Source: a bacterium
GTDB taxonomy: Bacteria; Patescibacteriota; Minisyncoccia; Phycocordibacterales; UBA9973
Direction of reading: 5' to 3'
Length of the DNA stretch: 64,000 nucleotides
Assembly (NCBI GenBank): GCA_037127795.1
Contig: JBAXXQ010000002.1
Span: 11-64,010 of the forward strand
The first letter of the stretch is position 1. The number at the start of each line of letters is the position of its first letter. The notes under the pieces were generated by a model, which did no database searches, was not told where the DNA came from, and worked only from the letters and a program-made list of their open reading frames with translations. A program made the translations under genes and the position numbers. Of the stretch, positions 50,105-59,076 are shown in pieces.

Positions 50105-51227
50105 AAAACAAAAATTATATACCATATTTTTTTATACACTTATAGTATTTTTGTGTAGTGTATTTCGTGTACATGCTGCTGTGCTTTCTGTCGGATCAGC
50201 GCAGCAAAATATATATGTTGGCGATAGTGTCTCTATTGATTACTATATAGATACCCAAGACGCGCCAATAAATGTCGTCGATGCGACATTGCACTATGAT
50301 GCAAAAACATTACGCGTAGACAATATCTCTACTGGAAATTCTGCGGCAAGTATCTGGGCAGAAAGTCCTAGTGTGGTACGTGATGGCTTTATACATTTTG
50401 TTGCAGGGTTCCCTGATGGTATAACAGGCAACCATATATCACTCCTTCGTGTTACCTATGTAGCGCAAAGTGCTGGAAGTTCATTTCTTTCAAATACTAT
50501 ACAAAATTCGCACGTATATATAAATAATGGCGCAGGGACAGAGCAAGAGCTCTCTATGCAGCCTGTGAGTTTTATGATTCTCCCAGAAGGCGGCAAGGTC
50601 GCCACTATATCTTCTAATACAAATCCTATGCAGACTAATTGGTACAAAGATCACGATGTCAAAATTCATTTCACTATGCAAAAAGATAGTGTGTATAGTT
50701 ATAGTTTCAGTACCAATCAAGAGCTTATCCCAAGCGATACCCCAATGCAGACAAATGGTGATGTACTGTATGAGCATATTCCTGATGGAGTGTACTATTT
50801 CAAGCTTGCTATGAAGAGTGGCTCAGGATGGAGCGAAGCGGGGGTATATAGAGTACAAATAGATAGTACTAGTCCCACTATTTTGTCTGCATATATAAGT
50901 AGTGACATGTCTATATATAGTGGTAATGCATTCGTATCTTTTTCTGGGGTAGATAAAACAAGTGGTATCGCGCAATATGCAGTACGCAGTGGGTACTTTG
51001 GGTTCTATCATACAGCGACAAGTCCATACAAAATAAATCGTCCATTGTTTGGTAATTTTATTACTGTGCGTGCGCGTGATGTTGCAGGTAATACTAGTAC
51101 AGAGACAGTGTACTATCCTGCATACATTCCAAATTGGCTTGCAATAATACTGTTGTGTATACTTGTGTGTGGTTTGTTGTTGCGATACACCACACTCCGT
51201 CGTATACTTACTAAGATACAAAAATAA
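50088..51227 (+). CDS. cohesin-like + Ig-like protein with C-terminal TM anchor
   Basis: VGDSVSIDYYIDT...INVVDATLHYD...FVAGFPDG; C-terminal hydrophobic helix followed by basic residues. Confidence 0.7.
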   Translation: MTGQDKKQKLYTIFFYTLIVFLCSVFRVHAAVLSVGSAQQNIYVGDSVSIDYYIDTQDAPINVVDATLHYDAKTLRVDNISTGNSAASIWAESPSVVRDGFIHFVAGFPDGITGNHISLLRVTYVAQSAGSSFLSNTIQNSHVYINNGAGTEQELSMQPVSFMILPEGGKVATISSNTNPMQTNWYKDHDVKIHFTMQKDSVYSYSFSTNQELIPSDTPMQTNGDVLYEHIPDGVYYFKLAMKSGSGWSEAGVYRVQIDSTSPTILSAYISSDMSIYSGNAFVSFSGVDKTSGIAQYAVRSGYFGFYHTATSPYKINRPLFGNFITVRARDVAGNTSTETVYYPAYIPNWLAIILLCILVCGLLLRYTTLRRILTKIQK

Positions 51228-51230
51228 TTT

Positions 51231-51953
51231 ATGAAAAAATTTTTTACACTCATATCAATTTTCTTTTTTACTTCAGTACTTGTAGTACATGCTGCTGTTA
51301 TATCTATCGCGCCAAGTAGTAAGTCTGTTGTTGAGGGAACAACCTTTAGTGTATCTGTAGAAGTAAATACAAAAGGCCAAGCGGTAAATGCTGCAGAGAC
51401 CACGGTAAGCTTCCCATCTGATTTACTCGAAGTAGTATCTGTTGCTGGTGCAAAAACTTTTTCATTACAAACACCAGGGTCTCCTTCTCGTACAGAAAAC
51501 TCAGTTTCATTTTCTGCAGGGATACCATCTCCAGGATACAATGGTCCTCGTGGTGGAGTAGGGCGTATTACCTTTAAAGCAAAAACACCAGGTAGTGCTC
51601 GTATAACAGTTACTTCTGGAAAAGTATTGCTCAACGACGGCAATGCGACAGATGTATTTGATGGTACAACAAATGCACTTATTACTATCACTGCTGCACC
51701 AAAGAAAGAAGTACCTGTTGAGGTAGTACCAGCTCCAGAGACTCCAGCTACAGTAACACCAACAGAAACACTTCCTCCAATCACTCCAACTGTTGCGCCT
51801 GTAGTACAGACTGCACCAACTCAGACCATATCGATCAAAGTATCTGATCTCTTCACCCTTATATACGTACTTATCGGAATAATCGTTCTTCTTGCAATAT
51901 CAGTACTTATTCTTGTACTCTTGTTACTCAAAAAGAATAAGAAGATTAAATAA
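51231..51953 (+). CDS. cohesin-like protein with Pro/Thr stalk and C-terminal TM anchor
   Basis: GTTFSVSVEVNT...VNAAETTVSFPSDLLEVVSV...ITFKAK; TM followed by KKNKKIK. Confidence 0.75.
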   Translation: MKKFFTLISIFFFTSVLVVHAAVISIAPSSKSVVEGTTFSVSVEVNTKGQAVNAAETTVSFPSDLLEVVSVAGAKTFSLQTPGSPSRTENSVSFSAGIPSPGYNGPRGGVGRITFKAKTPGSARITVTSGKVLLNDGNATDVFDGTTNALITITAAPKKEVPVEVVPAPETPATVTPTETLPPITPTVAPVVQTAPTQTISIKVSDLFTLIYVLIGIIVLLAISVLILVLLLLKKNKKIK

Positions 51954-51955
51954 TT

Positions 51956-51993
51956 AAAAACCGCCCCCGTCAGCTGACGGGGGCGGTTTTTTT
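51956..51993. terminator. bidirectional terminator closing the surface operon
   Basis: aaaaaccgcccccgtcagctgacgggggcggttttt palindrome. Confidence 0.75.
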
Positions 51994-52001
51994 ATAAGAG
52001 A

Positions 52002-52361
52002 TTATTTTTTAATTGCATTTAGTGCGCCGATTTTTCCAAGATCCACTTTTCCAATTTGCTCTTCATCGATATTAAATATTGAAACACCAAAATATACTAC
52101 AAATGCGATAACAATAAAATCGATACCATTGTTTATAAAAGTACCGTAATGTATTGCAGCGTGTCCTACATGAAATACTTCTGTATCGAGATCGTTCACT
52201 CCACCGAGCAATCCATGCAATATCGGATTGATGATATCTACTACGAGGGAAGTGACGAATTTTGATATAGCACCACCAAGAATAAAACCGACAGCAAGGC
52301 CGACAATCCCTTGGTTTTTTATGAAATTTTTGAATCCTTTAAATTTTTTGATACCAGGCAT
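52002..52361 (-). CDS. mscL: large-conductance mechanosensitive channel
   Basis: FKNFI...VGLAVGFILGGA...SLVVDIINP...YGTFI. Confidence 0.85.
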   Translation of the reverse strand: MPGIKKFKGFKNFIKNQGIVGLAVGFILGGAISKFVTSLVVDIINPILHGLLGGVNDLDTEVFHVGHAAIHYGTFINNGIDFIVIAFVVYFGVSIFNIDEEQIGKVDLGKIGALNAIKK

Positions 52362-52422
52362 AATTTTTATACTAGCATAGTTTTATTATATGTCTATATA
52401 TAGCCTGGTATATACTATATAT

Positions 52423-54651
52423 ATGAGCATTACAAAAACATACAAAATAAAAGGTATGCATTGTGCAAGTTGTGCAGCTATTATTACCAATAAAGTTTCA
52501 AAAATTCCTGGTGTAGAAAATATTGTTGTACAAATTGGTACAGAAAAAGCACAGCTTTCTTTTGCTGAAGATATTGTTTCATTAACCGATATAAATAATA
52601 CTATTGGAGTATTGGGGTACAGTTTTGAATCTACAGAATCCATACATGGAGAAAAAGAAAAACACTTGCACGATATGAAAATAAAAGCTGTATATAGTAC
52701 TCCTATTGCAGTATTCGTATTTTTACTTATGCTTTGGGATATTGTATCAAAAAGTTTTTCTTTTGTGCCAGCATTACCACTATCAATGATGCTTTTTAAT
52801 AGTGTCCTTTTTGTACTATCTAGTGTCACACTGTTCTGGATTGGTAGACCGTTTTTGCAAGGAGTAATAAATTTTATAAAACATAAGGTTGCAAATATGG
52901 ATACACTTATCGGTATAGGGACGAGTGTTGCGTACCTGTATAGTGTGTTGATTATGATGTTCCCGTATATGCGCACAGTGTTACACCTTCTGGAGACTAC
53001 ATATTTTGATGTAGTAATAGTAGTTATTGGTTTTGTACATTTGGGAAAATATCTAGAAGCACGATCAAAGCTTCGTACTGGAGAAGCAATAGAAAAACTT
53101 ATTGGACTTCAGGCGAAAACAGCAATAGTAATACGAAATGGTGTTGAACAAGAAATATCAGTAGAGCATGTTGTTGTAGGAGATATTTTTATTGTAAAAC
53201 CTGGAGTAAAAATTCCTGTTGATGGATTGGTTATTTCTGGAAGCTCTTCTGTAGATGAATCTATGATTACCGGAGAATCTATCCCTGTCGATAAAGGTAT
53301 CGGCAGTAGTGTTGTCGGTGCGACTATTAATAAACAAGGGAATATGCAATGTAGAGCAACAAAAGTTGGGTCTGATACAGTGCTCGCTCAAATCATAAAA
53401 ATGGTTGAAGATGCGCAAGGGTCACGTGCCCCAATACAAAAACTCGCGGATAAAATTTCTAGCGTATTTGTTCCTGTAGTACTTTTGATCGCTATTGCTA
53501 CATTACTAGTGTGGCTTGGTGTAGGAAGTTTTTTTATTGGATTTTCTAGTGCGCTTTCGTATGGGATACTTTCTTTTGTCGGAGTGCTTGTTATAGCGTG
53601 TCCGTGTGTTCTTGGTCTTGCAACACCGACTGCGATTATTGTAGGTGTCGGTAATGGTGCAGAGCATGGTATATTGATTCGCAATGCTGAAGCTTTAGAA
53701 AAATTGAGTAAAGTTACTACAGTAGTCCTAGATAAGACAGGCACTCTTACAAAAGGAAAACCTGAAGTAACAGATATTATCTCTCTTGATAGCGCGTGGA
53801 CAGAAACAGAGATTCTTCGTATAAGTGTAAGTATAGAAAAACTTTCTGAACACCCACTTGCTGATGCTATTGTTGTGAAAGCGGGAGAGCAGCATATAAA
53901 ACTCGGTAGCGTTACAAATTTTGAAGCACTTGAAGGTGTGGGAGTACAAGGTGTAATTGATGGAAAACATATTGTGATTCATAGGCCATCAAAAATTGAC
54001 GCGCAAGAAACAAAAATCAAAGAATTACAAGAACAAGGAAAAACAGTCGTTATTGTTGAGGTTGATAAAAAACAAGTTGGTCTTATCGCACTTTCTGATA
54101 CTCTCAAAGAAGAATCAAAAGAAGTAGTAAAAAAACTTCATGCAAGAAATATCAAAGTAGTAATGCTTACTGGAGACAACTATGTAGCTGCACAGTATAT
54201 TGCAAAACTCGCAGGTATCGATGAGGTGATTGCAGAAGTATTACCCGGAGAAAAAGCAGGTAAGATAAAAGAATTGCAAAAGGATGGCGCTTTTGTTGCG
54301 ATGGTGGGGGATGGTATCAACGATGCGCCGGCGCTTGTACAAGCAGATGTTGGTATTGCTATGGGTACAGGGATAGACGTTGCTATAGAGTCTTCTGGTA
54401 TCACGCTTCTTGGTGGTGATATTACAAAGGTTGTGCAGGCAATACAGCTTTCAAAAATAACCATGGCTGGTATACGACAAAATCTTTTTTGGGCTTTTAT
54501 TTTCAATATACTAGGAGTTCCTATTGCTGCTGGGGTATTATATCCAATATGGGGTATAACATTAAATCCGGTATTTGCAGGTCTTGCTATGGCGTTCTCA
54601 AGTGTTTGTGTAGTATCAAACTCATTACGAATTAAAACTAAAAAAATATAA
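52423..54651 (+). CDS. copA: heavy-metal (Cu) P1B-type ATPase
   Basis: GMHCASC, TGES, CPC, DKTGT, SEHP, GDGIND, MAFSS. Confidence 0.92.
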   Translation: MSITKTYKIKGMHCASCAAIITNKVSKIPGVENIVVQIGTEKAQLSFAEDIVSLTDINNTIGVLGYSFESTESIHGEKEKHLHDMKIKAVYSTPIAVFVFLLMLWDIVSKSFSFVPALPLSMMLFNSVLFVLSSVTLFWIGRPFLQGVINFIKHKVANMDTLIGIGTSVAYLYSVLIMMFPYMRTVLHLLETTYFDVVIVVIGFVHLGKYLEARSKLRTGEAIEKLIGLQAKTAIVIRNGVEQEISVEHVVVGDIFIVKPGVKIPVDGLVISGSSSVDESMITGESIPVDKGIGSSVVGATINKQGNMQCRATKVGSDTVLAQIIKMVEDAQGSRAPIQKLADKISSVFVPVVLLIAIATLLVWLGVGSFFIGFSSALSYGILSFVGVLVIACPCVLGLATPTAIIVGVGNGAEHGILIRNAEALEKLSKVTTVVLDKTGTLTKGKPEVTDIISLDSAWTETEILRISVSIEKLSEHPLADAIVVKAGEQHIKLGSVTNFEALEGVGVQGVIDGKHIVIHRPSKIDAQETKIKELQEQGKTVVIVEVDKKQVGLIALSDTLKEESKEVVKKLHARNIKVVMLTGDNYVAAQYIAKLAGIDEVIAEVLPGEKAGKIKELQKDGAFVAMVGDGINDAPALVQADVGIAMGTGIDVAIESSGITLLGGDITKVVQAIQLSKITMAGIRQNLFWAFIFNILGVPIAAGVLYPIWGITLNPVFAGLAMAFSSVCVVSNSLRIKTKKI

Positions 54652-54653
54652 TT

Positions 54654-55670
54654 ATGAAACAATATACTTTTCACATAACAGGCACTCATTGCGCATCATG
54701 TAAAATCTTGATAGAAGATATTTTGCAAGAAAATACAGATATACAAAAATCGAGTGTACATATCAAAAAAGAAATACTTTCTATTGATACAGATAGTGAC
54801 AAAACTCCTGAAGAAATTATTTTTGATATAAATCAAAAAATACAACAGCACGGCTATGTGGTATCTCTTGAAAAACCTCTCGCACTACAAGACAAAAAAC
54901 AATACGAAATACTTTGGACAGCTATCCCTATAGGGCTTGTATTTTTAGTGTTATTTTTTATGTTACAAAAGTCAGGTATTTTGAATCTTGGTATTGGGGG
55001 TACGACAACACCGAGTACTAGTTTTATAATTGGGCTTATTGCGTCTGTTTCAAGCTGTCTTGCTATTGTGGGTGGCTTGATACTTTCTCTTTCTACAAGT
55101 CTTGCACAAGATGAAAAAGAAAACACAAAAAGAGCTGTTGTGTTATTTCATGTAGGACGAATTATTGGCTTTGGATTACTTGGGGGGCTACTTGGAATGA
55201 TAGGGGGTGTTATAGGTATTAGTTTTACTTTTTCTGCAATACTAGGGCTTATTGCAGCTAGTATTATGATAGTACTCGGACTCAATCTTATCGGAGTATT
55301 TAGAAAAAGCAGTATCACACTACCTGCTGGTATATTTACTTATTTTAGAAAAATAGAACACACCTCTATTGCGCCCATTGTGATAGGGGTAGGAACATTT
55401 TTCTTGCCATGTGGGTTTACTCAATCAATGCAATTCGCAGCACTTTCGAGCGGATCGTTTTTGGGAGGAATGGGGATTATGCTCGGTTTTGCTTTAGGGA
55501 CATTGCCGGTTTTGAGTATGTTGTCATTTAGTTCTGTAGGGTTTGCAAAATCAAAACATGCGCCATTGTTTTTTGCATCAGCAGGAGTAGTGGTTATAGG
55601 ATTGGGATTGTTTGCACTACTTGCAGGACTCGCTGGTCTCGGTATTATTAGTCCATTATTTACTATATAA
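54654..55670 (+). CDS. HMA domain + DsbD_2-like membrane protein
   Basis: GTHCASC; SSCLAIVGG; FFLPCGF. Confidence 0.85.
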   Translation: MKQYTFHITGTHCASCKILIEDILQENTDIQKSSVHIKKEILSIDTDSDKTPEEIIFDINQKIQQHGYVVSLEKPLALQDKKQYEILWTAIPIGLVFLVLFFMLQKSGILNLGIGGTTTPSTSFIIGLIASVSSCLAIVGGLILSLSTSLAQDEKENTKRAVVLFHVGRIIGFGLLGGLLGMIGGVIGISFTFSAILGLIAASIMIVLGLNLIGVFRKSSITLPAGIFTYFRKIEHTSIAPIVIGVGTFFLPCGFTQSMQFAALSSGSFLGGMGIMLGFALGTLPVLSMLSFSSVGFAKSKHAPLFFASAGVVVIGLGLFALLAGLAGLGIISPLFTI

Positions 55671-55677
55671 TATTTGT

Positions 55678-56070
55678 ATGGAGAAAAAAGCTAGTATGAT
55701 TTTAATATCAGGTTTTGTTATCGGTCTCGGTATTATTTTTATGTATCGAGGGGGTGGGGTACAAAATACTCCGACAAATACTAATGCAGTAGTTGTAAAA
55801 GATGGTGTGCAATATATCACTATACACGCAGGTGGCGGCTATAGTCCTAAAGAATCTACTGCACAAGCAGGTATCCCTACGAAGCTTGTAGTACAAACAA
55901 ATGGCGCATACGACTGCTCATCTGCACTTGTAATACACTCGCTCAATTATCAAAAAATGCTCCCTCAGATAGGCACAGAGACTATAGATGTAGGTATTCC
56001 AAAAGCTGGTGTTCCACTCCGCGGGGTATGTGGTATGGGTATGTATAGCTTTGTGGTGAATTTTAAATAA
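55678..56070 (+). CDS. cupredoxin-domain protein
   Basis: GGYSP, YDCSS, CGMGM. Confidence 0.85.
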   Translation: MEKKASMILISGFVIGLGIIFMYRGGGVQNTPTNTNAVVVKDGVQYITIHAGGGYSPKESTAQAGIPTKLVVQTNGAYDCSSALVIHSLNYQKMLPQIGTETIDVGIPKAGVPLRGVCGMGMYSFVVNFK

Positions 56071-56090
56071 TAAGAGTATACTGTGTCTTT

Positions 56091-56540
56091 ATGGTGCAGG
56101 TTTTGTTTCCTAGAAATGCGTACGCAAAACACCTAACTTGTTTAAAAAACTCTTGTGCTTTTTGTACCGAAGGTGGAGAGCTTTTAATTAAAAGATTTCA
56201 ATATTGGGATTGGATATATTCAAAATTCCCATATAGAAAATTCCATACACTTCTTATACCAAAGCGACATATAACACGGTTTGAAGAATTACAAACAGAA
56301 GAGCTTTTTGAACTTAGTAGTATTCTCAAAGAAGTAGAGCATAGATATATAGATGCGCATATTGTGAGTGAAGATTCTGTGTATGGTGATCAAATGTATT
56401 TTTGTTGGAGGTCTCGTTTTGTACCCAAGGAGAAAAAATCAGTAGAGCATTTTCATTTACATATTTGTCCTAAGTTTGAAATACAGCAGGGAATTATTCT
56501 CGAAGACGACGCGTGGGATATTGAGATAGGGGTTTTGTAG
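56091..56540 (+). CDS. HIT-family hydrolase
   Basis: CAFC, HTLLIPKRH, HFHLH. Confidence 0.8.
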   Translation: MVQVLFPRNAYAKHLTCLKNSCAFCTEGGELLIKRFQYWDWIYSKFPYRKFHTLLIPKRHITRFEELQTEELFELSSILKEVEHRYIDAHIVSEDSVYGDQMYFCWRSRFVPKEKKSVEHFHLHICPKFEIQQGIILEDDAWDIEIGVL

Positions 56541-56616
56541 GAATAATATAGTGTGAGATTTCGTCACCCAGTAGGCGATTCTGCTGAATCGCGAATTACT
56601 AAGTTTTTTAGTATTG

Positions 56617-56703
56617 CGGAGGATGTGAGATTCGAACTCACGGGGCCGATTAAAGCCCGACGGTTTAGTAAACCGTTGATTTAAACCACTCATCCAATCC
56701 TCC
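56617..56703 (-). tRNA. tRNA-Ser (anticodon ACU), long variable arm
   Basis: GGAGGAT/ATCCTCC acceptor, G73, ACGGT-TTACTAA-ACCGT anticodon arm, long variable arm, GTGAG-TTCGAAT-CTCAC T-arm. Confidence 0.9.
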
Positions 56704-56748
56704 AGATCGTATTGGTTTAGGATACGACTTCGCTACTATAGCAAAAAT

Positions 56749-57261
56749 TTAGTTGAGTTTCAATAGTTTGAGAACGAGCACTGCGACAGGGTCTGCACTT
56801 GGTCCATATACCATAACCCCACCGAGAAGTCCTGTTATAGAGATTGCAATAAGTCCAAGGAATGCAAGGATTCCAGATACTACCTTTCCTCCAAAAAAGG
56901 CTTGGTACCAGTTGAGTATTTTTTGTACAAAATTACTTTGTATTTTTACCAACATATTTTTTTCTTGTAATGTTGCAATAATTTCTACTACGAGAAGTAC
57001 TATATATATGATAGTCGCAAGACCAGCAAAATTTGAATGAGCTTCTACAATACTACGCACTGGTCTGAATACGTGCTCTGCTGCATCACCAGTTTGTAAT
57101 GCAATAAATGCACCAAGGACACCGATAGTAAGAGTGATCCGTTCTATATCACGCCATGTGATAGAAGGAAAATACTTTTTTGTAGGAAGTAATTTGATAA
57201 TTGAATATATAAAAAGTAATGCGATCGGGAAGTGTACGAACAGTGGGTGAATATTTGTCAT
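56749..57261 (-). CDS. DUF2231-like membrane protein
   Basis: IHPLFVHFPIAL...TGD...H...TGLLGGVMVYG. Confidence 0.8.
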   Translation of the reverse strand: MTNIHPLFVHFPIALLFIYSIIKLLPTKKYFPSITWRDIERITLTIGVLGAFIALQTGDAAEHVFRPVRSIVEAHSNFAGLATIIYIVLLVVEIIATLQEKNMLVKIQSNFVQKILNWYQAFFGGKVVSGILAFLGLIAISITGLLGGVMVYGPSADPVAVLVLKLLKLN

Positions 57262-57327
57262 ATGTATCAGTATAGACTACATATAGGCTTCCGGGCAATA
57301 AATCTATATTTATGGCATAATCAATAT

Positions 57328-59076
57328 ATGAAAGGAAATGGTGCTCCACAAACAGAACAAAAGAAAATAAGCGTATTTAGTGTGCTCGGTGGGTATAAAA
57401 AAACCATCGTTTTTTTGATACTACTTACCCTTGTAGGGAATGCGTTGACATTGTTTGTACCAAAATTTATTGCAAAAAATATTGATGCATATACTGCAGG
57501 TGTTTTTGATATGCATGCTGCTGTCTGGGAATTTATTTTTGTTTCTATTGGGGTATTTGTGTTTACCTATATACAGAGTGTTGTGCAGACATATGCATCA
57601 GAGCGAGTTGCAAAAGATTTGCGAAGAAAAGTAGTACAAAAAATATCTGAACAAAACTACGCATATATTCAAAAAAAAGATCCTGCAAAACTCCTCACAG
57701 TACTTACTTCAGATATTGATTCGGTGAAATTGTTCGTCTCTCAAGCTATTGTTTCTATTGTGTCATCATTTGCGGTGATTGTGGGTGCTGCGATATTACT
57801 TATTTCTATACATTGGAAATTGGGATTGGTGGTGCTGTGCGTGATACCTGTTATTGCTACGGTATTCTTTTTTATATTTTCAAAAATACGAGTACTGTTT
57901 TTGCGCACGAGAGAGATTGTCGACAAACTCAACAAGGTCATCAATGAAAGTATTCTTGGTGCTGCGCTTATTCGGGTAGTTCATGGTGAGCACGCAGAAT
58001 ACAAAAAATTCTTTACGGTAAATACTGAAGCAAAAAATACCGGTCTTAGTATTTTGAAATTGTTTGCGTCGCTTATCCCGCTTATTACATTTGTCTCAGG
58101 GCTTGGGACTATTGCAATTGTTGCATTAGGAGGACATTTTGTAATTATCGGTACTATGTCACTTGGGCAATTTACGGCGTTTTATACATATCTTGCAATG
58201 CTTATTTTCCCAATACTTATTATTGGGTTTATGAGTAATATTATTGCGCAAGCAAGTGCTTCGTATACGCGTATTGCTTCAGTACTTGATTCTGCAGAGC
58301 CTGTAAAAACTGATGGTATCATTGCTCCTATTGTAGGCTCTATAGAAGTACAAGATGTATCTTTGGTATTGCGCGATACTACTATATTGCAAAACATTTC
58401 TTTTTCTGTGAAAAAAAATACCCGTACTGCTATTATTGGTCCGACTGCTGCAGGGAAGACACAATTGCTCTATATGCTCAGTGGGCTTATACAGCCAACG
58501 AGTGGGAGTATTTTGTATGGCAATACGCCGATAGATGCATACGATATGCAAAGTTTTCATTCACAAGTAGGTCTTGTATTTCAAGATAGTGTTATTTTTA
58601 ATACTACTATACGCGAAAATATTGCATTCAATACATCAGTCACCGAAGAGAGTTTATTGCGCGCAATACAAACCGCAGCATTGGAAGATTTTATAGATGC
58701 ATTACCAGAAAAGTTATATACCGTTATTTCTGAGCGCGGATCAAATCTTTCTGGAGGGCAGAAGCAACGTATCATGCTTGCTCGAGCTCTTGCGACAAAC
58801 CCATCTGTGCTTTTGCTCGATGATTTTACGGCACGTGTAGATATAGAAACAGAGCGTACTATTTTGCAAAATATAAAACATAACTACCCAGATCTTACGC
58901 TTATTTCTGTGACGCAAAAAATTGCACCAGTCGAAGAGTATGATGCAATTATTCTTTTGATGGAAGGAGAGCTTATCGCTACAGGGACACATGAGCAATT
59001 GCTCGCAGTCGTTCCAGAATATGCCCAATTGTACGATACACAACAATCAACACAACAATATGAATTACAAACTTAA
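57328..59076 (+). CDS. ABC exporter half-transporter (degenerate catalytic residues)
   Basis: TMD + GPTAAGKT, LSGGQKQR, LLDDFTA (Glu to Asp), VTQK (His to Gln). Confidence 0.92.
   Translation: MKGNGAPQTEQKKISVFSVLGGYKKTIVFLILLTLVGNALTLFVPKFIAKNIDAYTAGVFDMHAAVWEFIFVSIGVFVFTYIQSVVQTYASERVAKDLRRKVVQKISEQNYAYIQKKDPAKLLTVLTSDIDSVKLFVSQAIVSIVSSFAVIVGAAILLISIHWKLGLVVLCVIPVIATVFFFIFSKIRVLFLRTREIVDKLNKVINESILGAALIRVVHGEHAEYKKFFTVNTEAKNTGLSILKLFASLIPLITFVSGLGTIAIVALGGHFVIIGTMSLGQFTAFYTYLAMLIFPILIIGFMSNIIAQASASYTRIASVLDSAEPVKTDGIIAPIVGSIEVQDVSLVLRDTTILQNISFSVKKNTRTAIIGPTAAGKTQLLYMLSGLIQPTSGSILYGNTPIDAYDMQSFHSQVGLVFQDSVIFNTTIRENIAFNTSVTEESLLRAIQTAALEDFIDALPEKLYTVISERGSNLSGGQKQRIMLARALATNPSVLLLDDFTARVDIETERTILQNIKHNYPDLTLISVTQKIAPVEEYDAIILLMEGELIATGTHEQLLAVVPEYAQLYDTQQSTQQYELQT

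Noticed and set aside
55612-55700. Frameshift splitting a DsbD_2-cupredoxin fusion
   Set aside because: The cupredoxin ORF has its own -10 box, ATG and N-terminal membrane anchor
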